The notes: a model not told the origin generated them from the sequence alone. DNA of 64,000 nt from Planctomycetota bacterium (GCA_038213805.1 JBBQSO010000012.1:21746-85745), one strand, 5' to 3'. Shown: positions 10,611-21,535, numbered from the stretch's first letter. Translations and numbers: made by a program.

Positions 10611-10755
10611 ACGGCTCATAACCCCACGTGGTCTGGTGTTGCGTGAGGGTCCTACCTGGGACCGCGCGCCGCTGGCGCGCTCTTCGTCGCATGCACGCCA
10701 GCGGCGTGCGGTCCCAGGAACGGCCCAAACGGTGATGAGCGGGTTCCCGCGTCCT

Positions 10756-11667
10756 TCAGGGACCGCTCGTCCGCGTGCCGGCGCGATACCCCCCCGGCGT
10801 CCCACCAAAATGTTTCCTGAACACCCGGCATAACTGCGACGCTGAACCGAAGCCCACGGCACGCGCCACCGCATCCAATGGCTCCCCCGTCTCGCGCAAC
10901 CGCCGCCGCGCCTCCTCCAGGCGCAGGCTGGTGATGAACGCCCCCGGCGGAAATCCCGTCGCCGCGCGGAAGCGCTCCGCGAAATAGACCCGGTGCAGGC
11001 CAAGCAGCCCCGCGACGTCAGCCGGCCCGAGCGGCGTGGCGAGGTCTGCGGTGACCAGCTCGCGCACCTGCTCGAGCAGGGCGCGCTTCGGCGCGGGCGG
11101 GTGCGCGCTGCGCTCGTGCTGACGGTCGAGCCCGGTGACGAAGGTCCACAGCGCAGCCTCGAGCGCGGACTCGTCGCCGTGGCTGCGGCGCAGCAGCCCC
11201 TCGACGATGCCGACCAAACCCTGGGCGACCGCGCCATCGGGCGCGGCGGCAAAAGTCGCACCGGCGCGCGCCACGTGCAGACGCAGGCGCTCGACCAGCT
11301 GCGGGTGGGCGACTGCGAACCAGCAGAAGGTCCACGGCGCGCCCGCCTCCGGCAGCCAGTAGCGGTGCGCCGACGGCACCAGGGCGATGAAGGCCTGGCC
11401 GGCGGTGACGCGGCGTTCACCGGCGGCATCCGCGAAAGTGCCGTGGCCGGCGAGGGTGTACTGGACGATGGCGTGCGGCACGCCCTGCGGGCAGTTCAGG
11501 TCGTGGCCGCGGCGCAGCCCGTCCCAGCGGTAACGGCGCGGGTCGGTCTGGCGCTCGCAACCGCCTGAGACCAGCAGCGGCAGCGGCAGCGCGCTTGGCC
11601 GGGGGCTGAAGGCGACGTCACCGCGCAGTGCGGCGAAACGGCGGGCGAGGTCCGCGCAGTCGGTCAT
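10756..11667 (-). CDS. AraC-family transcriptional regulator
   Basis: Cupin (QYTLAGHG) plus C-terminal HTH (FRAATGFPP...VARAVGFGSASQLCRVFRKHFGGTPGGYR); divergent from araBDA. Confidence 0.9.
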   Translation of the reverse strand: MTDCADLARRFAALRGDVAFSPRPSALPLPLLVSGGCERQTDPRRYRWDGLRRGHDLNCPQGVPHAIVQYTLAGHGTFADAAGERRVTAGQAFIALVPSAHRYWLPEAGAPWTFCWFAVAHPQLVERLRLHVARAGATFAAAPDGAVAQGLVGIVEGLLRRSHGDESALEAALWTFVTGLDRQHERSAHPPAPKRALLEQVRELVTADLATPLGPADVAGLLGLHRVYFAERFRAATGFPPGAFITSLRLEEARRRLRETGEPLDAVARAVGFGSASQLCRVFRKHFGGTPGGYRAGTRTSGP

Positions 11668-11688
11668 GACTGCGACGCTGACCACCCC

Positions 11689-11729
11689 TGACAAATTGTC
11701 AATCGACCTTGCAACCATGCGATAGCATG
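11689..11729. promoter_or_regulatory. Candidate operator palindromes between the AraC gene and araB
   Basis: TGACA-AAT-TGTCA (11689-11701) and CATGC-GATA-GCATG (11716-11729) in an AT-enriched divergent intergenic region. Confidence 0.45.
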
Positions 11730-11794
11730 CGAATTCCCGCGCAGGTATGCTGCCTGACATATCGCTTATCGGCTCGCGCCGGATTGGACCTGCC

Positions 11795-13549
11795 ATGCCG
11801 CGCAGACTCGCCCTGGGACTCGACTTCGGCACCGATTCGGTGCGCGCCCTGGTGGTCGACGTGCGCAGCGGCGCCGAGCTTGCCGCGGGTGTCGCGCCGT
11901 TCGCGCAGTGGGCGGCCGGCCGCCACTGCGATCCGGCCGCCCAGCGCTTCCGTCAACATCCCCAGGACCACCTCGACGCGCTGCGCGTGGCGGTGCGCGC
12001 TGCGCTGCGCCAGGCGCCGCGGGGTGCGGCCGGCCAGATCATTGGCATCGGCGTCGACACCACCGGTTCCAGTCCGCTGCCAATCGCCGCCGATGGCACC
12101 GCGCTCGGCCTGCTGCCGGAGTTCAGCGCCGACCCCGACGCGCTGTGCGTGCTGTGGAAGGACCACACTGCGGTCGCCGAGGCCGAACAGCTGAACGCGC
12201 TCGCCCACGGTGGGCGCTTTCCCGACTACACGCGCTGGACCGGCGGCATCTACAGCTCGGAATGGTGGTGGGCAAAGATCGCCCACGTGCTGCGCGGCAA
12301 CCGCCGCGTCGCGGCCGCCGCGCACACCTGGATGGAGCACTGCGACTGGATCCCGTTCGTGCTCACCGGCGCCGGCGATCCCGCGCGCGCGGTGCGCAGC
12401 CGCTGCGCCGCCGGGCATAAGGCGCTGTGGCACGACAGCTGGGGTGGCCTGCCGGCGGAGGATTTCCTGGTCGCGCTTGAGCCGCGTCTGCGCGGATTGC
12501 GTGCGCGGCTCTACGGCGCGACGGTGACCGTCAACCAGCCCGCCGGCCGCCTGAGCCCGGCGTGGGCGCGGTCGTTCGGCCTGCCCGCCGGCATCCCGGT
12601 GGCCTCCGGCGCCTTTGACGCGCACCTCGGCGCGGTCGGCGCCGGCGCGCGCCCGCAGGTGCTGGTCAAGGTCATGGGCACCTCGACCTGCGACATGCTG
12701 CTGGCGCGGCCCCATCAGCTCACGGCGCGCACCGTGCGCGGCATTTGTGGCCAGGTCGAGGGCTCGATCCTGCCCGGCCTGGTCGGGCTGGAGGCGGGGC
12801 AGAGCGCCTTCGGCGATCTCTACGCGTGGTTCCGCAGCCTGCTCGCCTGGCCGCTGGCCGGCCTGCCCGCGGGCCAGCGTCAGCGCGCCTTCGCCGCTAT
12901 GCTGCCGGCGCTTGAGGCGGCCGCGCGCACCCGGCCGCCGCTCGGCACCGGCGAGATCGCGCTCGACTGGTTCAACGGCCGGCGCACCCCGGACGCCGAC
13001 CAGACCCTGCGCGGCGGCTTCGCCGGGCTGCATCTCGGCAGCGACGCGCCAGCGCTGTACCGCGCCCTGATCGAGGCCAGCGCCTTTGGCGCGCGCGCCA
13101 TCGTCGAACGCTTCGAAGCCGAGGGCGTGCCGGTGCGCGGTGTGCTGGCGATCGGCGGCATCGCGCGCAAATCGCCGCTGGTGATGCAGATCTGCGCGGA
13201 CGTGCTCGGCCGGCCGCTGCAGGTCGCCGCCTCGGACCAGTGCTGCGCGCTGGGCGCGGCGATGGCGGGCGCGGTGGTCGGCGGCGCACACGCCACCCTC
13301 GCTGCGGCGCAGGGCGCGATGGCGAGCGGCATCGAACGCACCTACCGGCCGGTGGCGCGCGCGGTGGCGGTCTATGAGGGGGGATACCGCCGCTACCGCG
13401 AACTCGGGGAGCGCCTCGCCGCGCTGCCGGCTGCAGCGCCGCCGGTGCGCAAGGCCAGGGGTGCTCAAGCGGTCGCGGCGAGCAGTGGCGCGGCCGCGGC
13501 GGGACCGCGACGCGTCCGACTCGCGGCCGGTGCCAGGAAAAAGTCGTGA
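11795..13549 (+). CDS. araB: L-ribulokinase
   Basis: LGLDFGTDSVRA, GVDTTGSSPLP, LWKDHTA, GGIYSSEWWWAK, GLEAGQSAFGD, LDWFNGRRTPDA. Confidence 0.95.
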   Translation: MPRRLALGLDFGTDSVRALVVDVRSGAELAAGVAPFAQWAAGRHCDPAAQRFRQHPQDHLDALRVAVRAALRQAPRGAAGQIIGIGVDTTGSSPLPIAADGTALGLLPEFSADPDALCVLWKDHTAVAEAEQLNALAHGGRFPDYTRWTGGIYSSEWWWAKIAHVLRGNRRVAAAAHTWMEHCDWIPFVLTGAGDPARAVRSRCAAGHKALWHDSWGGLPAEDFLVALEPRLRGLRARLYGATVTVNQPAGRLSPAWARSFGLPAGIPVASGAFDAHLGAVGAGARPQVLVKVMGTSTCDMLLARPHQLTARTVRGICGQVEGSILPGLVGLEAGQSAFGDLYAWFRSLLAWPLAGLPAGQRQRAFAAMLPALEAAARTRPPLGTGEIALDWFNGRRTPDADQTLRGGFAGLHLGSDAPALYRALIEASAFGARAIVERFEAEGVPVRGVLAIGGIARKSPLVMQICADVLGRPLQVAASDQCCALGAAMAGAVVGGAHATLAAAQGAMASGIERTYRPVARAVAVYEGGYRRYRELGERLAALPAAAPPVRKARGAQAVAASSGAAAAGPRRVRLAAGARKKS

Positions 13550-14274
13550 CCATGTTGCTGCCTGACCTGCGTCACCAGGTGCTCGCGGCCAACCTCGAAC
13601 TGCACCGCCGCGGGCTGGCACTCTACACCTGGGGCAACGTCTCCGGGATCGACCGCGCCAGTGGCATGGTGGTGATCAAGCCCTCGGGCGTGCCCTATGA
13701 GGAGCTCACCGCCGCGCAGCTGGTGGTGGTCGACCTCACCGACCGTATCGTCGAGGGCACGTTGCGGCCGTCCTCGGACACGCGTACGCACACCGCGCTC
13801 TACCGCGCGTGGCCGGATATCGGCGGCGTGGCGCACGCACACGCGCCGCACGCCACGGCGTGGTGCCAGGCGCGCCGCGCGCTGCCCTGCCTGGGCACCA
13901 CCCACGCCGACCACTGCCGCGGGCCGGTGCCGTGCACCGGTCTGCTCGACGCGGCGGCGGTGGCCGGCGACTACGAGGCGGCCACCGGCGCGCAGATCAT
14001 CGCGACCTTCGCTGCGGCCGGTGCAACGGCCGCCGACGCACCCGACCACCGCACCACGCCGATGGTCCTGCTCGCCGGACATGCACCCTTTGCGTGGGGA
14101 GGCTCGGCCATGGAGGCGGCCTACCACGCGGTCGTGCTCGAAGAGATGGCGCGCATCTCCGCGCTCACCCTCGCCCTCGACCCGCAGGCGGCGCCGCTGC
14201 CCGCGGCCATCGCCGACAAGCATTACTTCCGCAAGCACGGCGCCCTGGCCACCTACGGCCAGCCGCGCACCTGA
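13546..14274 (+). CDS. araD: L-ribulose-5-phosphate 4-epimerase
   Basis: [42 protein letters not shown]. Confidence 0.95.
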   Translation: MTMLLPDLRHQVLAANLELHRRGLALYTWGNVSGIDRASGMVVIKPSGVPYEELTAAQLVVVDLTDRIVEGTLRPSSDTRTHTALYRAWPDIGGVAHAHAPHATAWCQARRALPCLGTTHADHCRGPVPCTGLLDAAAVAGDYEAATGAQIIATFAAAGATAADAPDHRTTPMVLLAGHAPFAWGGSAMEAAYHAVVLEEMARISALTLALDPQAAPLPAAIADKHYFRKHGALATYGQPRT

Positions 14275-14276
14275 CC

Positions 14277-15803
14277 ATGCCTGGAGCGCCCATGCCGTCC
14301 GACCGCCCCTGTTTATGGTTCGTCACCGGCAGCCAACACCTGTACGGGCCGGAGGCGCTCGCGCAGGTCGCGGCCAACGCGCAGACGGTGGCGGGCGGGC
14401 TGGATGCCTGCGGCCGCATCCCGCTGCCCGTCATCGCCAAGCCGGTGCTGACCACCGCCGAAGAAATCCGCGCGCTGTGCCTGGCGGCCTCAGCAGATCC
14501 GCAGTGTGCCGGCCTGGTGCTGTGGATGCACACCTTCTCGCCGGCGAAGATGTGGATCGGCGGACTGTCCTGCCTGCGCAAGCCGTTCGCGCACCTGCAC
14601 ACCCAGTTGCACCGCGATCTGCCGTGGGGCAGCATCGACATGGACTTCATGAACCTGCACCAGGCGGCGCACGGCGACCGCGAGGGCGCGCATCTGCACA
14701 CCCGCATGCGCCTCGAGCGCAAGGTCGTGGTCGGGCACTGGCAGGACGGCGAGGTCCAGGACCGCCTTGGCGCGTGGGCGCGTGCCGCGCTTGGCTGGCA
14801 CGACCTGCAGGGCGCGCGCTTCGTGCGCTTCGGCGACAACATGCGCAATGTCGCGGTGACGGATGGCGACAAGGTCGCCGCCGAGATGCGCTTCGGCTGC
14901 GCGGTGCTGGCGCACGGCGCCAGCGAGCTCGCCGACCGCGCCGCGCAGGTGACGGAGGCGGACGTGGACGCGCTGGTCGCGGAGTACCTCGGCAGCTACA
15001 CGTGCGCGCCCGACGTGCTGCCCGGCCAAGCGGGCCACCGCTCGCTGCGCACCGAAGCGCGCACCGAACTGGCCCTGCGCGGCTTCCTGACCGACGGCCG
15101 CTTCAAGGGCTTCACCACCAACTTCGAGGACCTCGCGCACCTGCCGCAGCTGCCCGGCCTGGCCGTGCAGCGCCTGATGGCGGACGGCTACGGCTTCGGC
15201 GCGGAGGGCGACTGGAAGTCGTGCTTCATGCTGCGCGCGATGAAGACCATGGCCACCGGCCTGCCCGGCGGCACCTCATGGATGGAGGACTACACCTACC
15301 ACCTCGAGCCCGGGCGTGAACTCGTGCTCGGCGCGCACATGCTCGAGGTCTGCCCGTCGCTCGCCGCCACGCGGCCGTCGCTGCAGGTGAACCCGCGCGG
15401 CATCGGCGGGAAGGCCGATCCCGCGCGCCTGGTCTTCGATGCGCGCCCCGGAGCGGCGATCAACGTGTCCCTGGTCGACCTCGGCAACCGCTTCCGCCTG
15501 GTGGTGGCCGACGTCGAGGACGTCACGCCGCCCGCGCCGCTGCCCAGGCTGCCGGTGGCGCGGGCGGTGTGGCGCTGCCTGCCCGACTTCAAGACCGCCT
15601 GCGCCGCGTGGCTCTACGCCGGCGGCGCGCACCACGCGCTGCATTCGCAGGCCCTGAGCGGCGAGCACCTCGCCGACTTCACCGCCATCGCCGGCATCGA
15701 CCTGGTGCGCATCGACGCGCGCACGCGCATCGACGAGTTACGGGAACGGCTGCGCACCGCGGATGTGGTGTGGAGTTTCAGCCAGGGGTTGGGGCGGGTC
15801 TGA
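14277..15803 (+). CDS. araA: L-arabinose isomerase
   Basis: [67 protein letters not shown]. Confidence 0.95.
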   Translation: MPGAPMPSDRPCLWFVTGSQHLYGPEALAQVAANAQTVAGGLDACGRIPLPVIAKPVLTTAEEIRALCLAASADPQCAGLVLWMHTFSPAKMWIGGLSCLRKPFAHLHTQLHRDLPWGSIDMDFMNLHQAAHGDREGAHLHTRMRLERKVVVGHWQDGEVQDRLGAWARAALGWHDLQGARFVRFGDNMRNVAVTDGDKVAAEMRFGCAVLAHGASELADRAAQVTEADVDALVAEYLGSYTCAPDVLPGQAGHRSLRTEARTELALRGFLTDGRFKGFTTNFEDLAHLPQLPGLAVQRLMADGYGFGAEGDWKSCFMLRAMKTMATGLPGGTSWMEDYTYHLEPGRELVLGAHMLEVCPSLAATRPSLQVNPRGIGGKADPARLVFDARPGAAINVSLVDLGNRFRLVVADVEDVTPPAPLPRLPVARAVWRCLPDFKTACAAWLYAGGAHHALHSQALSGEHLADFTAIAGIDLVRIDARTRIDELRERLRTADVVWSFSQGLGRV

Positions 15804-15807
15804 CACT

Positions 15808-15935
15808 GCGGGGCGCGGGGCGCGAGCTACAAGCTACGAGAAACATATTCCGCTGGCTCAGCGCACGAGCGAGTCCGCATCCGACCCAACGGGTCCCACG
15901 TTGGCAGGCCAGGTCTTCACTCGTAGCTCATGGCT
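15808..15935. repeat. Inverted pair of CTCGTAG-family heptamer repeats
   Basis: ...GCGAGCTACAAGCTACGAG (ends 15840) versus CTCGTAGCTCATGGCT (15920-15935), between convergent genes. Confidence 0.7.
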
Positions 15936-16167
15936 AGGGCCTCCGGACCTTGCGCGCCCCCGGCCGCGTCCCGCGCTTGGAAAAATTCCGCTTCGCGTTG
16001 CGGCGCGTTGGGGTCGGCTTGCGTTTGCCGTTCATCTGCACGATGCCCCAGATGACCAGGATCACGCCGACGCCCGCGAGGGCGCCGGTGCTGCCGGTGC
16101 CTTTCAGCGCCAGCGTGCCGCTGATGCCGCCGATGATGAAGACCGCGCCGATGATGATGTTCCACAT
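15934..16167 (-). CDS. Small two-TM membrane protein with basic C-terminal tail
   Basis: MWNIIIGAVFIIGGISG...GVGVILVIWGIVQM followed by a Lys/Arg-rich tail; GC3-rich codons. Confidence 0.7.
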   Translation of the reverse strand: MWNIIIGAVFIIGGISGTLALKGTGSTGALAGVGVILVIWGIVQMNGKRKPTPTRRNAKRNFSKRGTRPGARKVRRP

Positions 16168-16273
16168 GGAGTGCTGTTTCGTCGTGAGAGGATGCCCGGG
16201 CACGCATCCACACGTGCGGCAGCTGCTGTCGGCAGGCTTGGCAACCAGATGGATGAGGGAGAATCCGGCTGCG

Positions 16274-17017
16274 TCAGGCCAGCGCCGGGCTGCCCAGCGG
16301 CGTCGCCGTGGTGCGCACCGGCGCCGGGCCGACCACCACAGTGAAGCCTTCGACGGCCAGTACGGCGAGCCGCTCGCCGGGCCGCGGGATGGTCGCGGAC
16401 TGCACGACCACCTCGATCTCGCCCTGGGCGAAGGCGACGCGCGCGGTCAGCCGGGGTTGCCCGACCACCACGCCAGTGGTGCCGGTGGTGACCTGCAGCA
16501 GCACCGCCGCCGGATTCACCGGCGGCCGGCTGTCCTGCATCAACAGCGGGTTGCCGATCGAACCGGTGAAACCGGCATCGGGGTGCGTGGGCGGAACGAT
16601 CTTGTTGCTTTCGTGCACTGCGTCGGCGATCAGCTGCAGCGGATCCTTGCCAACCTGGTCGACCGCAGCGGCACGCTCGAAGTTGAGCGGAAAGCCGAAG
16701 CGCTTGGCCGCGATCAGCGCGGCGACCACCACGCGCAGGTTGCCGTGGCCGAGGTGGGTCGCCGCCACCTGCTCAAGGGTCAGGTCGATGCCGGCGTGCT
16801 TGGCGACCAGCAGCTGGTTGATCAGCAGGGTGGTGTCAGCGCGGCGCAGACGCAGCAGCAGCAGATCGCCGATGCCGACCCCATGCAGGCCCTTGGTCCA
16901 GGCGCTCAGGTTCAGGTGCCAGGCCTTCACCACCTCCCACAGCAGCAGCGTGGCGACCGGCGTGACGAGGATGAGGAAGGTCAACCACAGCCAGTTCTGA
17001 GCAAGGAAATCAGCCAT
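16274..17017 (-). CDS. FloA (UPF0365/YqfA) N-terminal domain fused to an NfeD-like C-terminal OB domain
   Basis: LRLRR...AKHAGI...THLGHGNLRVVVAALIAAKR...FERAAAVDQVGKD parallels FloA (MRLRR..AHKAGL..HYLAGGNV..VV.ALIAA.RA...FER.AAIDLAGRD). C-terminal GTTGVVV...GERLAVLAVEGFTVVV resembles the NfeD OB-fold. Confidence 0.75.
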   Translation of the reverse strand: MADFLAQNWLWLTFLILVTPVATLLLWEVVKAWHLNLSAWTKGLHGVGIGDLLLLRLRRADTTLLINQLLVAKHAGIDLTLEQVAATHLGHGNLRVVVAALIAAKRFGFPLNFERAAAVDQVGKDPLQLIADAVHESNKIVPPTHPDAGFTGSIGNPLLMQDSRPPVNPAAVLLQVTTGTTGVVVGQPRLTARVAFAQGEIEVVVQSATIPRPGERLAVLAVEGFTVVVGPAPVRTTATPLGSPALA

Positions 17018-17413
17018 GACTCATCCTTCAAACGCGGTCCGGAACGGTGGTGAGCGCGGTGGGATCGCGATCGGGCGGGCGAGTCATACACCGCCAGGAA
17101 TGCGATGCCAGCGCTTGCTGGATGGACAATTCCATCTGGCGACGGAACAATGGGATAGGTCGAAGGACTGGGGCGCGCGACAGGCGTTTTCCAGCGTTCT
17201 CGGCTCACCTGGCGTGGCAGATGATTCCGCGGTCTGCCGAACTGCCCGCGCATCGCTCCACGCGCTCCCTGATGGCTTCTCCGCGGTGGGTTTGGGGCCT
17301 TCGCCACACGGTCACGGGGCCGGACACGAAGCGCTGGACATGAGGCGCATGCGTGTGCCATCATTCCCGCCGCGCCGCCATCCGCAGCGCTGATCCATCT
17401 TCAGGAGTCCATC

Positions 17414-18409
17414 ATGCCCCGTCCCCGCATCAGCACCGTATCCGCTCGCAGTGTAAGAGCGCTCCTCGGCGTCCTCGCACTCGCCGCGCCGCTCGCGGCA
17501 GCTCAGGCCAAACCGCCTAAGATCAGCACCGTCGGGGATGGCGACTTCGTCATCGGGCCCGACTACGTGAAGGCGCCGGAGATGAACGGCGCGGACGGCG
17601 CGCCCAAGGGCACGGTGCGCGACTTCGTGATGCAATCTTCCGAGAGCAAAATCTACCCGGGACTGACCGGCGCCTACTCGCGCAAGGTCTGGGTCTACGT
17701 GCCGAAGCAGTACGTGCCAGGCACGCCGGCGCCGTTCATGGTGGTGCAGGACGGCGGCGGTTATGTCGGCCGGCTGACCACCGCGCTTGACAACCTGATC
17801 TTCGCGCAGCGCGTGCCGGTGATGGCTGCGGTGTTCCTCGATTCCGGCGGCGGCGATTCCAAGGGCAGCGAGCGCGGTCTGGAATACGACACGGTCTCGG
17901 CCAAGTACGCGCAGTTCATCGAGACCGAGGTGCTGCCGCGCGTCACCAGCGAGTACAAGGTCACCTTCACCAAGGACCCGGAGGGCCGCGCGACCATGGG
18001 CGGCAGCTCGGGCGCCGCCTGTGCGTTCACCATGGCGTGGTTCCGGCCCGACCTCTACCGCCGCGTGCTCAGCTATTCGGGCACCTTCGTCGCCCAGGAA
18101 TCGCCGGACAATCCCGCTTCGCCGCACGGCGCCTGGGAATACCACGAGCACTTCATCCCGCAGAGCCCGGTGAAGCCGCTGCGCATCTACCTGCAGGTCG
18201 GCGAGCATGACAACGGCGAAGGCCGGCCCGAGAACACCTACCACAACTGGCCCATGGCCAACGAGCGCATGGCTGCGGTACTCAAAGCCAAGGGCTACCA
18301 CTACCGCTACGAGTTCTGCAAGGGCGCCGGCCACGTCGACGGTCGCGTCATCGACCAGACCCTGCCCAGCGCGCTGGAATGGCTGTGGCGAGGGTATGCG
18401 GGCAAGTAG
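17414..18409 (+). CDS. Secreted alpha/beta-hydrolase, enterochelin esterase-like
   Basis: AGGAG RBS; signal peptide; RKVWVYVP, VVQDG, ERGLEYD, GGSSG nucleophile elbow, GAGH. Confidence 0.88.
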   Translation: MPRPRISTVSARSVRALLGVLALAAPLAAAQAKPPKISTVGDGDFVIGPDYVKAPEMNGADGAPKGTVRDFVMQSSESKIYPGLTGAYSRKVWVYVPKQYVPGTPAPFMVVQDGGGYVGRLTTALDNLIFAQRVPVMAAVFLDSGGGDSKGSERGLEYDTVSAKYAQFIETEVLPRVTSEYKVTFTKDPEGRATMGGSSGAACAFTMAWFRPDLYRRVLSYSGTFVAQESPDNPASPHGAWEYHEHFIPQSPVKPLRIYLQVGEHDNGEGRPENTYHNWPMANERMAAVLKAKGYHYRYEFCKGAGHVDGRVIDQTLPSALEWLWRGYAGK

Positions 18410-18417
18410 AGGGTCAA

Positions 18418-18581
18418 GAAGTCCGGAAGTCCGGAGGTCCGGAGGTCCGGAAGTCTCGTGACGCGGCGCTAGCTGACTGGATCTGTGTGGTCCGTTTCCT
18501 GGCATCCGTGCGGGCGGTCGATTGCATCCTCGGAAGCAGGGCTGTCCGACTTCCGGACTTCCGGACCCCGGACTTCCGGAC
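18418..18581. repeat. Inverted octamer tandem repeats (GAAGTCCG)n ... (GACTTCCG)n
   Basis: GAAGTCCGGAAGTCCGGAGGTCCGGAGGTCCGGAAGTC after the esterase stop, with its reverse complement about 90 nt later; lies between convergent genes. Confidence 0.85.
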
Positions 18582-18591
18582 CGCGAAGCGC

Positions 18592-20388
18592 TCAGCGCTT
18601 CGCCGACGCTGGTCGCTCGTACGCGCCGATGTCGGCGACCTTGCCCTGCGGGCGCGGCGTGCCGTCGGCGTCGTGCGACGGGAACTTCGCCGCGGGCAGG
18701 TCAGCGGCGTCGCGCGCGGGTGAGTCGTCCTGCAGGCGCCAGTCGCCCGCCGCCGGCGCGACGAAGCGCGGGTCGTCGGCGATGACTGCGCCGGCGTCGA
18801 GACCGAGCGCCTTCCAGGCGGCCAGGTCCTTGCGTCCGCCTGCGGTGAAGGTCACGCCGGTGCGATAAAAATTGCGGTCGCAGGTGCTGGGCGCGTCGGC
18901 GAGATCGAACACAGCACCGGTGGCGATGAGGATGTTCGCATAGCACGCCGGGGCGTTGCCGGCCGCGGTCGTGGCGATGCAGGACTGCGCCGCGCCGGCG
19001 TCGGCGGCGGTGACGATGGTGCTGAAGCGCACTGTGCTGCCGGGGCTGCGGCACAGGATCGCGGTGTCCTTGTCCCAGCCGTGCGTGCGGGTGCCGGTGA
19101 TGACCAGGTTCTGCAGCAGGTGCCCGGTTCCTGATACATCGATGGTCGCGTGCGGGCCGGTCATGCGCAGGCCGTCGATCTCGATGCCGCGCCCCTGCAT
19201 CACCAGGCGCGCGTCCTCGATCAGGCCGCCACGCACCAGGATGCGCGCATCGGGGTGTTCGGAATTGTTGAGCGACCAGCCGCCGCCGCGTGACACCAGA
19301 TGATCCATCAGCACCGGCCCGAGCTTCGGTCCGTGCATCTCCATGATGAAGGCGTGGGCGGTGCCGTACGGATTGTAGAGCGTGCTCCAGGTGTCCTCGG
19401 TGTGCTCGTAGGTGCAGTTCCAGTATTCCGAGGCGCCGGCGGGATAAGGCGAGTCGGGCCCGTTGAATGAGACCCACGCCGAGTTGCCGCCGTTGTCCTG
19501 CCCGGGGTGGGGCCAGGCCGCGTAGCAGTCGCGGTGCACGACGCGGTGCGAGTTGATGCAGCCGAAGTGGTGCTTGCCGGCGCGGTAGACGGCGACGCGC
19601 TCGATGAGGACATCCTCGCTGCCCATGATGCGCACGCCGTAGCCGCCGTTGTCGTCCAGGCGTGCGCTGTCCTCGGCGACCAGGTCGCGGAACACCAGGT
19701 GGTGGTGCGGCGTGCCGTCCGCCGCCATCGAGCAGATGATGTCGTCCTCAACCACCGCGCGCCAGGCGCCCTGGGACCGCGGCTGCTGGTAGGCGAAGGC
19801 CGGCAGACCTGAGAACGCCGTCGCGTCGGCGACGGGGTCGTAGAGCTTGATGCTGAGCACCCCGGCGTGCCACGTGAACGACCACGGTTTGGCCTCGGCC
19901 GCGAAGCGCTCCCAGGCGCCGGGCTCGTGGCGGAAGAGGAACACGCCGTCGACCAGCAGCGCGTAGACCGGTGCCGCGTGCGCGATGGTGTAGACGCGGC
20001 TGTTCCCCTGCTGGGCGAACTGCTGCGCGTCCAGCGCCTCACTGCCGGTGAAGCGCGGCTTGGGCGCGGACGGTTCGCCATACGCGGCGTAGGTGATGGG
20101 CTTGCCCTCTGCGCCGTCCCAGCGCGGGCGCAGGCGGGCGCGCCAGCAGCCGCCGCGCTTGAACAGCACGCGGTCGCCGGGGGCGAGGCGGGTGGACTCC
20201 ACCTTGCCGAGGCTGGACCAGGCGGAACCCGGGGTGGTGCCGTCGGCGGCGTCGTGGCCTTGAGCCTGGTCGACGTGGAAGTCCTGAGCCGCTGCGGGCG
20301 TGCCGGCCATGGCGAGCGCCAGGGTGGCGAGGCAGCGCAGGAGGGATGTTCCGGATGAGGCGGCAGACGCGGGGAGAAGCAGCATCAT
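18592..20388 (-). CDS. Secreted right-handed beta-helix (pectin lyase-like fold) protein
   Basis: FHVDQAQGHDAADGTTPGSAWSSL, PGDRVLFKRG, PITYAAYG, C-terminal DPRFV...DWRLQDDSPARDA...DIGAYE. Start uncertain. Confidence 0.8.
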   Translation of the reverse strand: MMLLLPASAASSGTSLLRCLATLALAMAGTPAAAQDFHVDQAQGHDAADGTTPGSAWSSLGKVESTRLAPGDRVLFKRGGCWRARLRPRWDGAEGKPITYAAYGEPSAPKPRFTGSEALDAQQFAQQGNSRVYTIAHAAPVYALLVDGVFLFRHEPGAWERFAAEAKPWSFTWHAGVLSIKLYDPVADATAFSGLPAFAYQQPRSQGAWRAVVEDDIICSMAADGTPHHHLVFRDLVAEDSARLDDNGGYGVRIMGSEDVLIERVAVYRAGKHHFGCINSHRVVHRDCYAAWPHPGQDNGGNSAWVSFNGPDSPYPAGASEYWNCTYEHTEDTWSTLYNPYGTAHAFIMEMHGPKLGPVLMDHLVSRGGGWSLNNSEHPDARILVRGGLIEDARLVMQGRGIEIDGLRMTGPHATIDVSGTGHLLQNLVITGTRTHGWDKDTAILCRSPGSTVRFSTIVTAADAGAAQSCIATTAAGNAPACYANILIATGAVFDLADAPSTCDRNFYRTGVTFTAGGRKDLAAWKALGLDAGAVIADDPRFVAPAAGDWRLQDDSPARDAADLPAAKFPSHDADGTPRPQGKVADIGAYERPASAKR

Positions 20389-20593
20389 GGCTCCGCACGG
20401 GAGCCACGATAATGGGCGGATGCGCAGCGACGACCATGCGATTTCCCACATGCATACCGCGGCGTGTGCGCCGATGTGAGACGGAACGCCTCATTAAAAG
20501 ACAGCGCGAACGCTGGCCGTTCAGCTCTGCCGGCGTTCCCAGTGCAGCCGTTGGGGCACGCTTGCCGCGGCCGACCTTGCCGGCACCCTGCCC

Positions 20594-21535
20594 ATGGTGA
20601 CCCGCGAACCGATCTTCGAAGCGCGCGCCACCAGTCTGCCGGTGCTGCGTTACCTGGTCGCCGTCGCCGAGCACCGCCATTTTGGGCGCGCCGCCGAAGC
20701 GGCGCGCATCTCGCAGCCGACCCTGTCCGCGCTGATCGGGCAGTGGGAAAAGCGCATGAAATGCCAGGTCTTCGAGCGCGAGGCGCATGGCGTGCGCATC
20801 ACCCCGGCAGGTGAACGCGTGGTGCTGGCGGCGCGCCAGGCGCTTGACGCCATCCGCGCGATGGAGGCGGCCGCGAGCGAGGCCAAGCCGCCGTTCTTCG
20901 GCGCGGTGCGCTTCGGCGTCATCCCCACCGTCGGTCCCTACGCGCTGCCGTTCGTCACGAGCGCGCTTGAGAAGGCGTTCCCCGGCCTTGAGCTGCCGAT
21001 CCGCGAGGGCACCACCGCGGACCTCATCGCTGCCCTCGATGCCGGGCGCATCGATGTTGCGATGCTCGCGCTCACCTCCGGCATGACGGAGCGCTTCGCG
21101 GTCGATGCGCTCTACGACGAGCCCTTCCTGGTCGCCCTGCCGCGCGGCCACCGCCTGGCGGAGGGCAAAGCGGTGGCGACCGCTGATCTGGCGAATGAGC
21201 GGCTGCTGCTGCTCGACGAGGGCCACTGCCTGCGCGACCAGGCGCTGGCGCTGTGCGGTCACCGCGCCGGTCAGTCCGCTGGCGCCGACTACCGTGCGAC
21301 CAGCCTTGAGACGCTGCGCCAGATCGTCGCGAGCGGCGCTGGGGTCACCATCCTGCCGGCCCTGGCCGTCGGCGACGACGACCGCCGCCTGGTGCTGCGC
21401 CCGTTCGCTGGCGAACCCGCCTTCCGCACCATCGTGCTGCTGTGGCGGCGGCATGATTCGCGGGTGGCGGCTTATCCGCTGCTGGCGGGACCGATCCGGA
21501 AGCATCTGCCGCGGGGGCAGGTCACGGCGCGGTAG
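20594..21535 (+). CDS. oxyR: LysR-family hydrogen peroxide sensor OxyR
   Basis: RYLVAVAEHRHFGRAA, GVIPTVGPY, DEGHCLRDQALALC (both redox Cys), RATSLETLR. Confidence 0.88.
   Translation: MVTREPIFEARATSLPVLRYLVAVAEHRHFGRAAEAARISQPTLSALIGQWEKRMKCQVFEREAHGVRITPAGERVVLAARQALDAIRAMEAAASEAKPPFFGAVRFGVIPTVGPYALPFVTSALEKAFPGLELPIREGTTADLIAALDAGRIDVAMLALTSGMTERFAVDALYDEPFLVALPRGHRLAEGKAVATADLANERLLLLDEGHCLRDQALALCGHRAGQSAGADYRATSLETLRQIVASGAGVTILPALAVGDDDRRLVLRPFAGEPAFRTIVLLWRRHDSRVAAYPLLAGPIRKHLPRGQVTAR

Noticed and set aside
17018..17413. 400-nt divergent intergenic region with a small hairpin (GATGGA-CAAT-TCCATC) as riboswitch or sRNA
   Set aside because: No recognisable riboswitch consensus; cannot be supported without a covariance-model search.
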